DNA of 40,205 nucleotides from a virus (Duplodnaviria > Caudoviricetes). Positions 23,595 through 33,140 of the stretch are shown here, one piece after another; position 1 is the first letter of the stretch, and each line of letters starts with the position of its first letter. The position numbers and the translations under genes were made by a program. The notes below the pieces were generated by a model that saw only the letters and a list, made by a program, of their open reading frames with translations, was not told where the DNA came from and searched no databases. The DNA lies in the IMG/VR virus record IMGVR_UViG_3300037044_000259, positions 1 through 40,205 of that record. The stretch is one strand, 5' to 3'.

Positions 23595-26500
23595 CATTCC
23601 GGCCTGGGTTGGTCAGTACATCGGCATTGACTTCGCCGAGAAGGGTCGCACGCGCGAGGATGGCCTGGACTGCTGGGGCCTCTATCGCCTCGCCGCGGCG
23701 GAGCGGTTCGGGCTCATGCTGCCGAGCCACGCGGACGGATACTCGAACGTTCGGAACGGCGAGCAGATCTCGGAGATCATCCGTGAGCGCGTTGCCTCAC
23801 GCAACTGGGCTCGCGTGGAAGTGGGAGAGCTTCAGGTCGGAGATCTCGGGCTCTTCCGCCTGGCCGGCGTCGATCACCACGTTGGCATGATCGTCGCCCG
23901 CGGCCGCATGCTGCACGCGCTGGCGGGCATCCAGTCGTGCGTTCAAAGGCTCGACGATCCCGAGTGGGAGAAGCGGTTCAGCGCGTTCTACCGGTACTCC
24001 GGGCCGGTTCGCCTGGCCGCACGCCCGCGGGTGTTCAGCGATGACCGGATTGACCAAGCCATCCCGCACGGCTTCACCATCGCCGAGATGCTGCAGATGT
24101 GCGGCATCACGCACCTCGAGCTCATCAACGTCGCGATCGGAGACCGGATCGTGCCGCGCGATCGCTGGCACCAGGTCAAGCCCAAGCCCGGGCGCATCGT
24201 CACGGTGACTGCCACTCCCCTTGGCGGGCTGGGCGGAGGTGGAGGGGGCGGCAAGGACACGCTCAAGACGGTGCTCACGATCGCGATCATGGCTGCCGGC
24301 ATCGCGGCGCCGTACGCCTTGGCTGGCTTGGGAGTGGCCGGTCTGGTCGGTGCGGGCGGGGCGCTCACCTTCGGCGGCGCACTGCTCTCGGCCGGCGTCG
24401 GCATCGGCGGCACGCTCCTCGTGAGTGCGCTCATTCCACCGCCTCGCGCGCAGCTCAGCGCCGTGACGCCGGAATCGACGACGGGCACAAGCCTGGCGAT
24501 CTCAGGCGGTCGAAACGAAGCGAGGCCCTACGGCGTCGTGCCGCTCGTCTTGGGCGAATACCAGATGACGCCCGTGCTGGCCGCGGCTCCCTTCACCGAG
24601 ATCGCGGGCGATGATCAGTTCCTTCGAATGCTCTTCTGCCTCGGGTATGGAGAGATCGATGTCTCCCAGATCAAGATCGGCGAGACCGACATTGACGAGT
24701 TCGACGGCGTCGAGCTCGAGATACGCCGCGGCCTCGACAATGAGGCACCGCCCCAGCTCTACTCGAGCGTGGTGCATGAGGACTCCTACTCCGTGCTGCT
24801 CGACGCGGCCGCCGGCTACGTCGTCCGCACCAGCAGGGCCGACGCCGACGAGGTCCTGCTCGACATCACTTTCCCGACCGGCCTGGTCCAGCTCGCGGAC
24901 AACGGCGACAAGCTCAACAGGTCGGTGACCTTCGAAGTCGCGTACTCACCAGCCGGAGCTGGCACCTGGGTGCCTGTGAACAGCGCCAGCCCAACCTTCA
25001 CGCGCGGGCTCGACCTGCTCTTCCGATCGCCCGAGTGCGTCTTTGGCGGAGCAGGTACGCACGCCGGCGTCATCGGTTGGGGCGGAGTGTGGGGGACTAA
25101 GCCCGCGTATCTGCCGGCGAACCAGTTCAGCTGGGAAGTCTCCGGCTACGTCTTCGCCGACGTCGAGGGCACATACGGGTTCGCGATCGATGGTTCCGAT
25201 GCCTGCGATCTCTTCATCGACGGGCAACTCGTCACGAGCTTCTACGGCCAGCACGCGGCCGCCGGCAATTTCAATTCGAACCAGGTCGAGTTCTCACTTA
25301 CAAAGGGCTGGCACGCAATACGGGCACGCGTCGAGTGCCGCAGCGGCAACGGTGGGGCGATCGCCATCGGCTGGCTCACGCCCGGGTCTGGAGCCTTCGT
25401 GGCGATTCCTGCGAACAGGCTCGCGCCATCCTCGGTGGGAGGCCCGCTCGGTCAGCTGAACTATCGCTGGTTCAGCACGGCCGGCTACACCGGCACGATC
25501 ACGGTGACCGCGGCTCGCGCGGACCAGATCCGATTGCAGGTCGCATTCGCGGGCGCTCACTCTCAGTACGACGTTCGGATCCGCCGACTCACGGCCGACA
25601 CCACCGACGTCCGCATCGTGGACAAGGCTTACCTGAGTTCGATCCGTTCGATCACGGCGACCAACCCGGTCAAGCTCGAGCGCGTGGCGACGCTGGCCGT
25701 CCGGATCAAGGCGACCAACCAGCTCAACGGCGTGATCGACACGCTCAACTGCAAGGTCGTGTCCGTGCTTCCCGATTGGGACAAGGACTCGGGCACGTGG
25801 ATCCGCCGCGGCACCAGCAACCCGGCCAGCATCTATCGCGCGATCCTCCAGGGGCCGGCGAACAAGCGCCCACTCCCCGACAGCCGGATCGACCTCGAGG
25901 AACTGGCGGCCTGGCACGAGGAGTGTGAAGAGAAGGGCCTTCAGTGCAACGCGATCATCGACTTCGCCGGCACGGTGGGGGAGCGGCTTCGGGATGTTGC
26001 TGCCACGGGCCGCGCTGCCTTTGGGATGCGCAACGGGAAGTACTCGATCGTCCGCGATCGCAAGCAGACGGTGCCGGTGCAGCACTTCACCCCCCGCAAC
26101 AGCCGGAACTTCTCCGCCGAGAAGGTCTTCGCTGATGTACCGCACGCCCTACGGGTGCAGTTCATCAATCGGGATGCGGCCTACCAGCGGGATGAACGAA
26201 TCGTCCTGGCCGACGGCTACCAGATCGACGGGAAAGACGCCTTCGGCAACCCCGCTCCCGGCCTGCCTGAAGCGACCGAGTTCGAGACGATGGAGATGTT
26301 CGGCGTGACGTCCGCCGACGAGGCCTGGCTGCACGGCCGTTACAACCAGGCCGTCGCGAAGCTCCGCCCCGAGGTGTTCAAGCTCGACGTCGACGTCGAG
26401 CACCTGATCTGCACCCGCGGCGATCTCGTCCTGGTCTCGCACGATGTGCCGCTCTTCGGCAGCGGGTTCGGCCGCATCGTCGAGCTGGCTCTCGACACGG

Positions 26501-28335
26501 CCGACAACCTGCACGGCGTGCGGCTCGATGCCTCGGTCGTCATGGAGACGGGCAAGACGTACGTCCTTCGAGTCCGCCTCGAGGATGGCACCTCGTTCCT
26601 GACGAACCTGGTCACGAACGAGGGTGAGCAGGAAATCGTTTACTTCGCCGGCCCGGTGGCGCCCTCGCAGGCTCGTCCCGAGATCGGGGATCTCTTCATG
26701 TTCGGCGTGCTGGGCGTCGAGACCCGCGAGCTGCTGGTCAAGTCGATCACGCACGATCGGGATCTCAACGCCTCGCTCAGCCTGGTGGATGCAGCGCCCG
26801 AGGTCCTTGACGCTGACACCGGCACGATCCCGGATTACCAGCCGGGCATCACGATCCCGCCCGAGTACTTGAACCGGCCGGATGCCCCAGTCATCGAGCA
26901 GATCCGGAGCGATGACTACGTGCTCTGGGTCGGCCAGGACGGTTCGCTGGTTCACCGCATGGTGATCTCGCTGCGAGCGCCGAGCTCGCTCAAGCCGCGG
27001 CCGGTCGAGGCGCAGGTGCGGATCCGCCCGAAGCCCACGCCGCCGGCGAACGCCGTCGGGCCGTGGATCACATACTCGAAGCTCTCGATCGACGACAACC
27101 AGGTGAGCATTCTCGGTGTCGACTCGGGCGTCACGTACCAGATCTCGCTGCGAGTGATCTCGGCCCAGGGCGTGGCATCGGTGTGGGTGGATGCGGAACA
27201 CACCGTCATCGGCAAGATCATCCCGCCCCCGGATGTCCAGAGCTTCGACGTCGCACGCGGCAGCGACGGCACCAGGCTCTACATCTGGGACCTCGGCGAG
27301 ATCCCGCGCGACATCGCCGGCGTGAAGATCAGGTACGGCCCGAAGCCGACGTCTCCGGATTCGCTGGTGTGGGAAGCGATGACCGACCTGCACGACGGTC
27401 TGCTCGAGGGCGCGAGCCCGTCCGAGTTGAACGTGCCGCCCCAGGGCGACTGGCGGTTCGCGATCAAGATGTTCGACACGGCCGGCGCGGAGAGCGTGAA
27501 CGCGTTGTACTGCGATCGCGAGCTGGGAGCACCGCGGCAGCCCGAAGTCGCGATCACGCAGGACGCCCGCAAGATGGAATGGCCCGGCGTTCTGACCGGA
27601 TGCCACGTCGCCGCCGACGGCACGCTCGAGCCCGATGACCGCGCGACGTGGGACAATCTCGCCGGCGCGTACAACATCACGACCTGGGATCAGTACACCC
27701 GCTGGATCGTCGATCCGCACAACCCGATCAGCTACGAGCACCCGGTCATCGACATCGGAGTGCTGATCGACTTCGAACCTCAGGCGGTGTGCGAAGGGCA
27801 TGGGCTCGCGTTGATCGAAGTGAAGCATTCGATCAACGGCGTGACCTTCACTGACTGGGCAGATGTGAAGGGCCTGGCGAGCCGGAGCATCCGCGCCCGC
27901 TACGTGCAGTTCCGCGTGACGGTCACGGCCGTGCCCTTCGAGATCCCGACCATCCGAGAGTTCGTCATGATCCCTCGCGCCGAGACGGTCGAGGAGTACT
28001 TGAACGACGTGAACACCGCGCTGCTCGGTCCGAAGCAGTACTACGGACCTGGCGACATCGCTCTGCCGATCAGCAAGGGACTCTTCGCCAAGATCAAGAG
28101 CGTGAGCGTGACGTTCAACGGCACGGGCGCCGGCTGGACCTGGGAGATCGTGAACAAGTCGGGAAGCCCGGGCCCGCGGATCCGGATCTACAACCCGCAA
28201 GGCGTGCCAACGGACGCCGTGATCGATGCGAGCGTGCGCGGATTGAAGTCGATCGACGGGTCGACAGCAGAGCTCGCGGCGGGAAGGATGCAATTCGACG
28301 ACCTTGTCAACACCGGCATGCTTGCCACTCTCTGA
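23575..28335 (+). CDS. fused tail-tip protein: NlpC/P60 + ubiquitin-like gpI + gpJ host-specificity region with PA14 insert
   Basis: GLDCWGL/HHVGM/MLHA catalytic triad; Ubl ending in PLGGLGGGGGGG; gpJ motifs NEARPYG.VP..LG, IKIGET.I, TSNPA, GDLV.V.HDV; FN3-like repeats. Confidence 0.9.
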   Translation: MPRLPRDIPAWVGQYIGIDFAEKGRTREDGLDCWGLYRLAAAERFGLMLPSHADGYSNVRNGEQISEIIRERVASRNWARVEVGELQVGDLGLFRLAGVDHHVGMIVARGRMLHALAGIQSCVQRLDDPEWEKRFSAFYRYSGPVRLAARPRVFSDDRIDQAIPHGFTIAEMLQMCGITHLELINVAIGDRIVPRDRWHQVKPKPGRIVTVTATPLGGLGGGGGGGKDTLKTVLTIAIMAAGIAAPYALAGLGVAGLVGAGGALTFGGALLSAGVGIGGTLLVSALIPPPRAQLSAVTPESTTGTSLAISGGRNEARPYGVVPLVLGEYQMTPVLAAAPFTEIAGDDQFLRMLFCLGYGEIDVSQIKIGETDIDEFDGVELEIRRGLDNEAPPQLYSSVVHEDSYSVLLDAAAGYVVRTSRADADEVLLDITFPTGLVQLADNGDKLNRSVTFEVAYSPAGAGTWVPVNSASPTFTRGLDLLFRSPECVFGGAGTHAGVIGWGGVWGTKPAYLPANQFSWEVSGYVFADVEGTYGFAIDGSDACDLFIDGQLVTSFYGQHAAAGNFNSNQVEFSLTKGWHAIRARVECRSGNGGAIAIGWLTPGSGAFVAIPANRLAPSSVGGPLGQLNYRWFSTAGYTGTITVTAARADQIRLQVAFAGAHSQYDVRIRRLTADTTDVRIVDKAYLSSIRSITATNPVKLERVATLAVRIKATNQLNGVIDTLNCKVVSVLPDWDKDSGTWIRRGTSNPASIYRAILQGPANKRPLPDSRIDLEELAAWHEECEEKGLQCNAIIDFAGTVGERLRDVAATGRAAFGMRNGKYSIVRDRKQTVPVQHFTPRNSRNFSAEKVFADVPHALRVQFINRDAAYQRDERIVLADGYQIDGKDAFGNPAPGLPEATEFETMEMFGVTSADEAWLHGRYNQAVAKLRPEVFKLDVDVEHLICTRGDLVLVSHDVPLFGSGFGRIVELALDTADNLHGVRLDASVVMETGKTYVLRVRLEDGTSFLTNLVTNEGEQEIVYFAGPVAPSQARPEIGDLFMFGVLGVETRELLVKSITHDRDLNASLSLVDAAPEVLDADTGTIPDYQPGITIPPEYLNRPDAPVIEQIRSDDYVLWVGQDGSLVHRMVISLRAPSSLKPRPVEAQVRIRPKPTPPANAVGPWITYSKLSIDDNQVSILGVDSGVTYQISLRVISAQGVASVWVDAEHTVIGKIIPPPDVQSFDVARGSDGTRLYIWDLGEIPRDIAGVKIRYGPKPTSPDSLVWEAMTDLHDGLLEGASPSELNVPPQGDWRFAIKMFDTAGAESVNALYCDRELGAPRQPEVAITQDARKMEWPGVLTGCHVAADGTLEPDDRATWDNLAGAYNITTWDQYTRWIVDPHNPISYEHPVIDIGVLIDFEPQAVCEGHGLALIEVKHSINGVTFTDWADVKGLASRSIRARYVQFRVTVTAVPFEIPTIREFVMIPRAETVEEYLNDVNTALLGPKQYYGPGDIALPISKGLFAKIKSVSVTFNGTGAGWTWEIVNKSGSPGPRIRIYNPQGVPTDAVIDASVRGLKSIDGSTAELAAGRMQFDDLVNTGMLATL

Positions 28336-28347
28336 TCGGAGATCTCA

Positions 28348-28896
28348 ATGCCTCTTCCTGTGATCGATGGCAACGGCGCACCGGCTTCTCTGAAGACAAC
28401 CGTCGACGGCAGCGACCAGGTTCCGCACCACAAGGTCGACGGCACTGTCGCGTGCACGCAGTCGGGCACGTGGAACGCCGGCTTGTCGGCCGGCTCCAAC
28501 GAGGTTGGATCGATCGCGGCGATCACTGAAGGTGCCGTGCCCGGTGCGGGCGCTCGCGTCGGCGGAGCGAATCTCCCGGTGTCCCGGGCGTTCTCGAACG
28601 TCGCGTCGGGCACGACTGACGGTGTGCTCAAGTCCGCACTCACGGGCAAGATCCGCGTTGTCGCTCTGATCCTGCACTGCGGCGCGACGGCAACGTCGAT
28701 CACGTTGAACAGCAAGGGCGCCGGCGCGGGCACCGCGATCTCGGGACTGCACGCGCTCGCCGCGAACGGATCGCTCGTCCTGCCGTTCAATCCGAATGGC
28801 TGGTTTGAGACAAACACGGCCGAAGCTCTCACTGCGACGACGACCGGCGGCGGCACCGCGATCGCCGTCGAAGTTCAGTACGTGGAGGCAACCTAA
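28348..28896 (+). CDS. putative tail-associated structural protein
   Basis: Follows gpJ; G/A/T-rich with a C-terminal beta domain (KIRVV...GWFET...EAL). Confidence 0.6.
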   Translation: MPLPVIDGNGAPASLKTTVDGSDQVPHHKVDGTVACTQSGTWNAGLSAGSNEVGSIAAITEGAVPGAGARVGGANLPVSRAFSNVASGTTDGVLKSALTGKIRVVALILHCGATATSITLNSKGAGAGTAISGLHALAANGSLVLPFNPNGWFETNTAEALTATTTGGGTAIAVEVQYVEAT

Positions 28897-29678
28897 TGAG
28901 CGCATGGCCCGGCTCGCCCGGCTTTGGTACCACTAACGTCGACGCTGGGACGGACTCGCCTGCAGCCGCTCGATCAAACATCAAAGACCTGATGGACGAT
29001 GTCAGCGACATGATCGGGGCGCGAGGTGCGAACGACGGCGTTGCGCCACTCGATGGCGATGGCAAAGTGCCGATCGCAAATCTGCCCTCCGCTCTCGGAG
29101 GCGTCACGCCCATCGAAGCGAACATCGGATCCTGGGGCGTTCCCGGGACGTACCTCTGGAGCGTTCCGGTCGGCGTCACACGCATCAAGATCATCTGCGC
29201 CGGAGCAGGCGGCGGCGGCAGCAATGGATACCTCGGCGCGAATCCGTCAACGTGGAAGTTCGGCGGCGGCGCTGGTGCGGTGGCGATCGCGGTCCTCGAC
29301 GTCACGCCCGGAAGCACGATCACGATCAATGTCGGAGCCGGCGGAGCGGGCGGTACCGGAAACAACTCGAGCGCGAGCAACGGCGGCGACGGCGGCGACA
29401 GCTCGGTCGTTCGCGGCGGTAACACGATCCTCGCCGGCGGTGGCAAGGGCGGGAACGCAGTCTCGGGTGCTTCCGGTGCCGGCGGCGTCCTCGGTGGCAA
29501 CACGCTGCACTATGGCCGCAACGGAAATCCCGGCTTCGATCTCTACGGCGGCACGAACGAGCTGTCGGGCTGGAGCCCGGCCGGTTCGTCTTATGGGGGA
29601 GGCGGTGGCTGCGGCGTGAGCGGCGTCATCGCGAATGGTTACGTCGGCCTGAATGGCCTGGTGATCATCTCGTACTAG
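28896..29678 (+). CDS. glycine-rich tail fiber-like protein
   Basis: ANDGVAPLDGDGKVP..NLP linker, then W.VP.GVT.I.I...GAGGGG...VTPG.TI.I.VGAGG Gly-rich domain. Confidence 0.8.
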   Translation: MSAWPGSPGFGTTNVDAGTDSPAAARSNIKDLMDDVSDMIGARGANDGVAPLDGDGKVPIANLPSALGGVTPIEANIGSWGVPGTYLWSVPVGVTRIKIICAGAGGGGSNGYLGANPSTWKFGGGAGAVAIAVLDVTPGSTITINVGAGGAGGTGNNSSASNGGDGGDSSVVRGGNTILAGGGKGGNAVSGASGAGGVLGGNTLHYGRNGNPGFDLYGGTNELSGWSPAGSSYGGGGGCGVSGVIANGYVGLNGLVIISY

Positions 29679-30237
29679 AGGCCGACGCTCGGGCCGATGT
29701 TCATCGACGTGGCGAAGATCGCTCCGCCCGGAGCCTGGTAAAAGATCTTGACCGATACCGAATCGATCTCTTTGTCGACGTCCTGTGTGGCGTGGCTGGC
29801 TTGGACCCAGACGTCGATACTGAGCGAGGAAATGTCGTCCATGGTCAGGCCCGACTTGCCCCAGGTGTCGTTGCTGCCGCCGATGTCGTAGTCGGAAAGC
29901 GAGTCGTTGATGGCATCGCCGTTGGCAAACTTGGACTCGCCTCCCGGGCCGGAGAGCTGGGCGTAGATCTTGTGTGCGTTTGGAACACTGCTCATACGGA
30001 AAAGCCCCCTCTCGAACGGACGCGGACGATCATGCCCGCGAAGAGCATCCCGCTGGCTCCGAAGTTGAATCCCGAGCAGGCGAAGCGCAGCCGCTTGGAG
30101 GCGCCCGTGCCCGTGACGTACACGGATGCCGTCACGCCGTCGGATGCACCCTTCGCGTTGTTGGGGTTCACCCAGTCAGCGCCGGTGCTCACGATCGTGG
30201 GGTTCGTCGAGGTGTTCTTGAAGCCGGTGTCAGGCAC
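29675..30237 (-). pseudogene. single beta-domain virion-type gene split into two ORFs (30237-29992 and 29995-29675)
   Basis: The halves read as one known domain pattern (W.NP.NA..SDG / GFNF..SG....G..VR / GG..D.WG...T..DI / ID.V.V..FY); ATGA overlap beside G5 and T4 runs. Confidence 0.5.
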
Positions 30238-30244
30238 AGCACCC

Positions 30245-30634
30245 TCACTTTGAAAAAGGGGAGGAGAGCTTCGTCCTCTCGTCCACGCGGATCAGCATGT
30301 CGTGATCTGCCCACTGCCGCGCCTCGATCGTCTTGACCCGCTCGATCGTGACCTCGTCGATGACCTGGAGCGGCTTGAGGAAGCTCACCTGCAGATACCC
30401 GATCGCCGCGAGAATGAACATGGCGGCACCGATGACGAGCGTCCAGTTCACCTGGTTGCGGCTGGCGATCAGCCGGTGCAGCTCGGAGAATCCGGACGTC
30501 ATGTTGTTACCGATGACGCTGATCTGTTCGCGGAACTGACCCATCTCGCGGCCGATGCCTTGCACCTCGGAATCGAGCGCGGCGACACGCGAGTCGATGT
30601 CGGGGTGAGAGGCTTTTGGAAGACCTTCTGGCAA
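30245..30634 (-). CDS. coiled-coil plus single-TM protein, holin-like
   Basis: N-terminal heptads, TM segment WTLVIGAAMFILAAIGYL; adjacent to a spanin-like gene. Confidence 0.5.
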   Translation of the reverse strand: MPEGLPKASHPDIDSRVAALDSEVQGIGREMGQFREQISVIGNNMTSGFSELHRLIASRNQVNWTLVIGAAMFILAAIGYLQVSFLKPLQVIDEVTIERVKTIEARQWADHDMLIRVDERTKLSSPFSK

Positions 30635-30747
30635 GACTCGTTCTCCAGAAAAATGCGGCAGGGGGTAGGGCCTCGGCTTGGCCAGACACTCCGGGTGGAA
30701 GCGCTGACCGTGGGTCGGCCGTTCCCCCCGCCGCGGCGCGGACGAAC

Positions 30748-31527
30748 TCAGGCAGCGGCGACAACCGCTTCGGGCGTAACTTTCGCGTTGCCCTTCACGA
30801 GATCGAGGATCTTCGCGCCCGTTCCGTTCTGGATCAGGCGGAGTTGGTCCTTGTACTTCGAGAGAGCCAACGCGACTTCGGGGGCCATGCCGGCCAGGAC
30901 GTCGATCGAGCGGACGATGTTCGCACCGCCGTCGGCGAGCTTGGTTGCCTTCCCCTTGTACGCGTTCTTGGAACGAGACAGGCGGAGGTTGTTGACGCCG
31001 AGCCCGCCGATCACCGCCGTCAGCATTCCGACGATCGGATTGAATCCGCCGGCCACGGTCGAGATGAGCTGCACCGAAGGCGACGGCTGATTCACGGTGG
31101 CGAGAATCGCGTCTCCCGCCACGATGCGATCGCTGAGAGCCTGGCTCGTCGCCTTGCCCTTGTCGATCGCCTCCGTCCAGACCTTGATCTGCGTTTGGAT
31201 GGAGGCGACCTGATCGATCGCTTCCTGCACCTTCACTTGAGCTGCGACCTTCTCGGGGCCGTCAGGCATCTTTGCGACGGCGACCTTTGTGTCGTGCAAG
31301 GCGGCGTCCTGGGCGACGACCGCGGCAGATGCCTCGGACCTTTGCTGCTCGAGCGTGGCGATGGATTGATTGAGCTTCTCCCGTTCCTGCACCGTCTCGG
31401 CGCGGGAGCTCTGGACATCTTCCTCCGATGCACAGCCAGGCGAGAATGCAACCAAGGAAGAAAGGCATAGCGCCGCCATCAACGTGAACGTCGTGAGGAG
31501 TCTGAAACTTCGCGCCGCTGTCTGCAT
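30748..31527 (-). CDS. lipoprotein with long coiled coil and internal TM, spanin-like
   Basis: Signal peptide ending FSPG-C, ~115-aa heptad region, hydrophobic ISTVAGGFNPIVGMLTAVIGGLGV followed by basic RLSRSK. Confidence 0.55.
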   Translation of the reverse strand: MQTAARSFRLLTTFTLMAALCLSSLVAFSPGCASEEDVQSSRAETVQEREKLNQSIATLEQQRSEASAAVVAQDAALHDTKVAVAKMPDGPEKVAAQVKVQEAIDQVASIQTQIKVWTEAIDKGKATSQALSDRIVAGDAILATVNQPSPSVQLISTVAGGFNPIVGMLTAVIGGLGVNNLRLSRSKNAYKGKATKLADGGANIVRSIDVLAGMAPEVALALSKYKDQLRLIQNGTGAKILDLVKGNAKVTPEAVVAAA

Positions 31528-31892
31528 GATCGCGCTCCATTGCTCGTCCGGCCCTGAGCCGATACTACCGGCGAGTTGGAGAACTTCTTCTGCCCATGGG
31601 CCGGCTCTTTGGCCATGTCCCGAAGCACCTGCTTGATCTTCAGGGCGTGCTTGCGGCGCTTGAACGCGGTCACCCTTGAGCTGCGGAGGCCGTCGACGCT
31701 TGCGCCGAGGACCTTCGCAGCCAAGAGTAATTCGTCACGGACCTCGTCCGCACGCATATAGAGACCGCCGCTCACATCGTGCTGCCGAAGCTCGGAGGCG
31801 AGCTGGAAGCACCGGCTGCCGAGTTGAGCCAGGAGCGCGTGCAGGGACGCGCGCTTGTCCGACTCGATGAGATGGGCGGGTTCGTCGCTCAC
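31479..31892 (-). CDS. hypothetical protein
   Basis: GTGA-coupled to the upstream gene; helical and basic. Confidence 0.55.
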   Translation of the reverse strand: MSDEPAHLIESDKRASLHALLAQLGSRCFQLASELRQHDVSGGLYMRADEVRDELLLAAKVLGASVDGLRSSRVTAFKRRKHALKIKQVLRDMAKEPAHGQKKFSNSPVVSAQGRTSNGARSCRQRREVSDSSRRSR

Positions 31893-32830
31893 CTGGTCCT
31901 GATCGCCTCCGATGCCCAGCTGTTGCGGAGCTGTTCAAGCAGCAGCCACCATTCCGGACCGGCGGCGAAGTCGTGCTTGAACCGGTTGTCGCCGCCAAGC
32001 CAGAGCACGGCGTCGATTTCCTTCCGGCGGATCAGTTCGAGCGTCCCCTGCCACTGGGGCTGGGAGAGGAGCTTCTTCGCGAAACCGCCCGTCGCGGCCC
32101 AGTGGCTCTCGGGCGAGATGTACGCGATCACCGGCTTGCCGAAGCTCTTGGCCTGGTCGATCGTCGCCTCGCACCATTCGAGGTGCTGGTTGACGTCCGG
32201 GCCGACCGCGTACAGGGACGGGACAACAAAGTCGACATCCTCGATGAGGCCCGCCTCGATCGCCGTGAAGAAGTTGGACGACTTCCAGAGACGCTGCTCC
32301 CATGCGTACCGAGGATGTTTGTTCAGGATGTTCCAGTTCACTTCGCCGTTGGGCATCGCGGCGTACGCACCGAGTTTGCCGGTGAATCCGCCCTCCCGGT
32401 ACGCCCTTAGCAGCCTTCGATAGGAGTCGATGTCGTTGCAGACCTCGCGTGCGCTGTTCTCGCGGATGTCGAGACGCAGAGTTCGGACTCTGCCCAGGAT
32501 CTCATCCCAGAGGTCTTCGAAATCGACGACCACCGGCACGTTGTCATCGAGCTTGCCGGCCCGTGCCTTGACGGCGTCGAGCTCGATCACGCGTTTGCCG
32601 ATGGCGGGATCCGCCAGGTTGGGCCACCAGGTCCGGCTCTCCTCGACGATCGCGGAGAGGCCAAGCTCCGAGGGAGGCGGCTTGTTGAGCATGTCGAGCT
32701 TGTCGTAGAAGGTGGTCTTGCGCTTCGGCACGGGGCGCACCGTTTTTAAGTCCATCGAATCGGCTTGCGGCCTTGCTTCGAGGTTGGTTCCTGGTGGCAG
32801 AGGCATCACGGCAGATTTCTGATCGAGCAT
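31889..32830 (-). CDS. TIM-barrel glycoside hydrolase-like protein (hyaluronidase/GH56-like motifs)
   Basis: PVVVDFE (DxE), DFVVPSLY, GKPVIAYI, DAVLW strand motifs; AGGAG RBS. Confidence 0.55.
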   Translation of the reverse strand: MLDQKSAVMPLPPGTNLEARPQADSMDLKTVRPVPKRKTTFYDKLDMLNKPPPSELGLSAIVEESRTWWPNLADPAIGKRVIELDAVKARAGKLDDNVPVVVDFEDLWDEILGRVRTLRLDIRENSAREVCNDIDSYRRLLRAYREGGFTGKLGAYAAMPNGEVNWNILNKHPRYAWEQRLWKSSNFFTAIEAGLIEDVDFVVPSLYAVGPDVNQHLEWCEATIDQAKSFGKPVIAYISPESHWAATGGFAKKLLSQPQWQGTLELIRRKEIDAVLWLGGDNRFKHDFAAGPEWWLLLEQLRNSWASEAIRTR

Positions 32831-32869
32831 CGGGATCTCCTGAAAGGGTGGTGGGGGCGAGGGCCTCGG

Positions 32870-33130
32870 CTACCAGCCGAGGCTTTCGTTCTTGGCTCTG
32901 GTCTTCTTGACGCGGGCGTGGAGGAGCGGTGTTGCGACGGGCGCATCCATGAAGTTGCGGGCGGCTTGGCACTCGTCATACAACGAGTACACAGTGGCGA
33001 GCAGGTCCTCGAAGAGCCCCGTGCGGCCCCGGATGCGTTCGGCAAGCACCTTGACCTCGTGCTTCATGAGCGCGAGACGCTGCTCCTCTTGCGGCGTCTG
33101 CTTTGGTTTCTTCTTCTGGGTCGGCATCAT
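32870..33130 (-). CDS. hypothetical protein
   Basis: GGAGG RBS; fills the gap in the minus-strand operon. Confidence 0.6.
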   Translation of the reverse strand: MMPTQKKKPKQTPQEEQRLALMKHEVKVLAERIRGRTGLFEDLLATVYSLYDECQAARNFMDAPVATPLLHARVKKTRAKNESLGW

Positions 33131-33140
33131 GCCTCCGGAA

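Noticed and set aside
26149-28293. 714-aa minus-strand ORF, and similar long antisense ORFs at 10823-12202, 15926-17257, 17181-18389 and 36793-38019
   Set aside because: Shadow frames of well-supported genes in high-GC DNA; R/A/G-rich with no recognisable motifs.
23575-30237. Diversity-generating retroelement or shufflon acting on tail genes
   Set aside because: No reverse transcriptase, no TR/VR-like repeat pair and no repeated crossover sites noticed.
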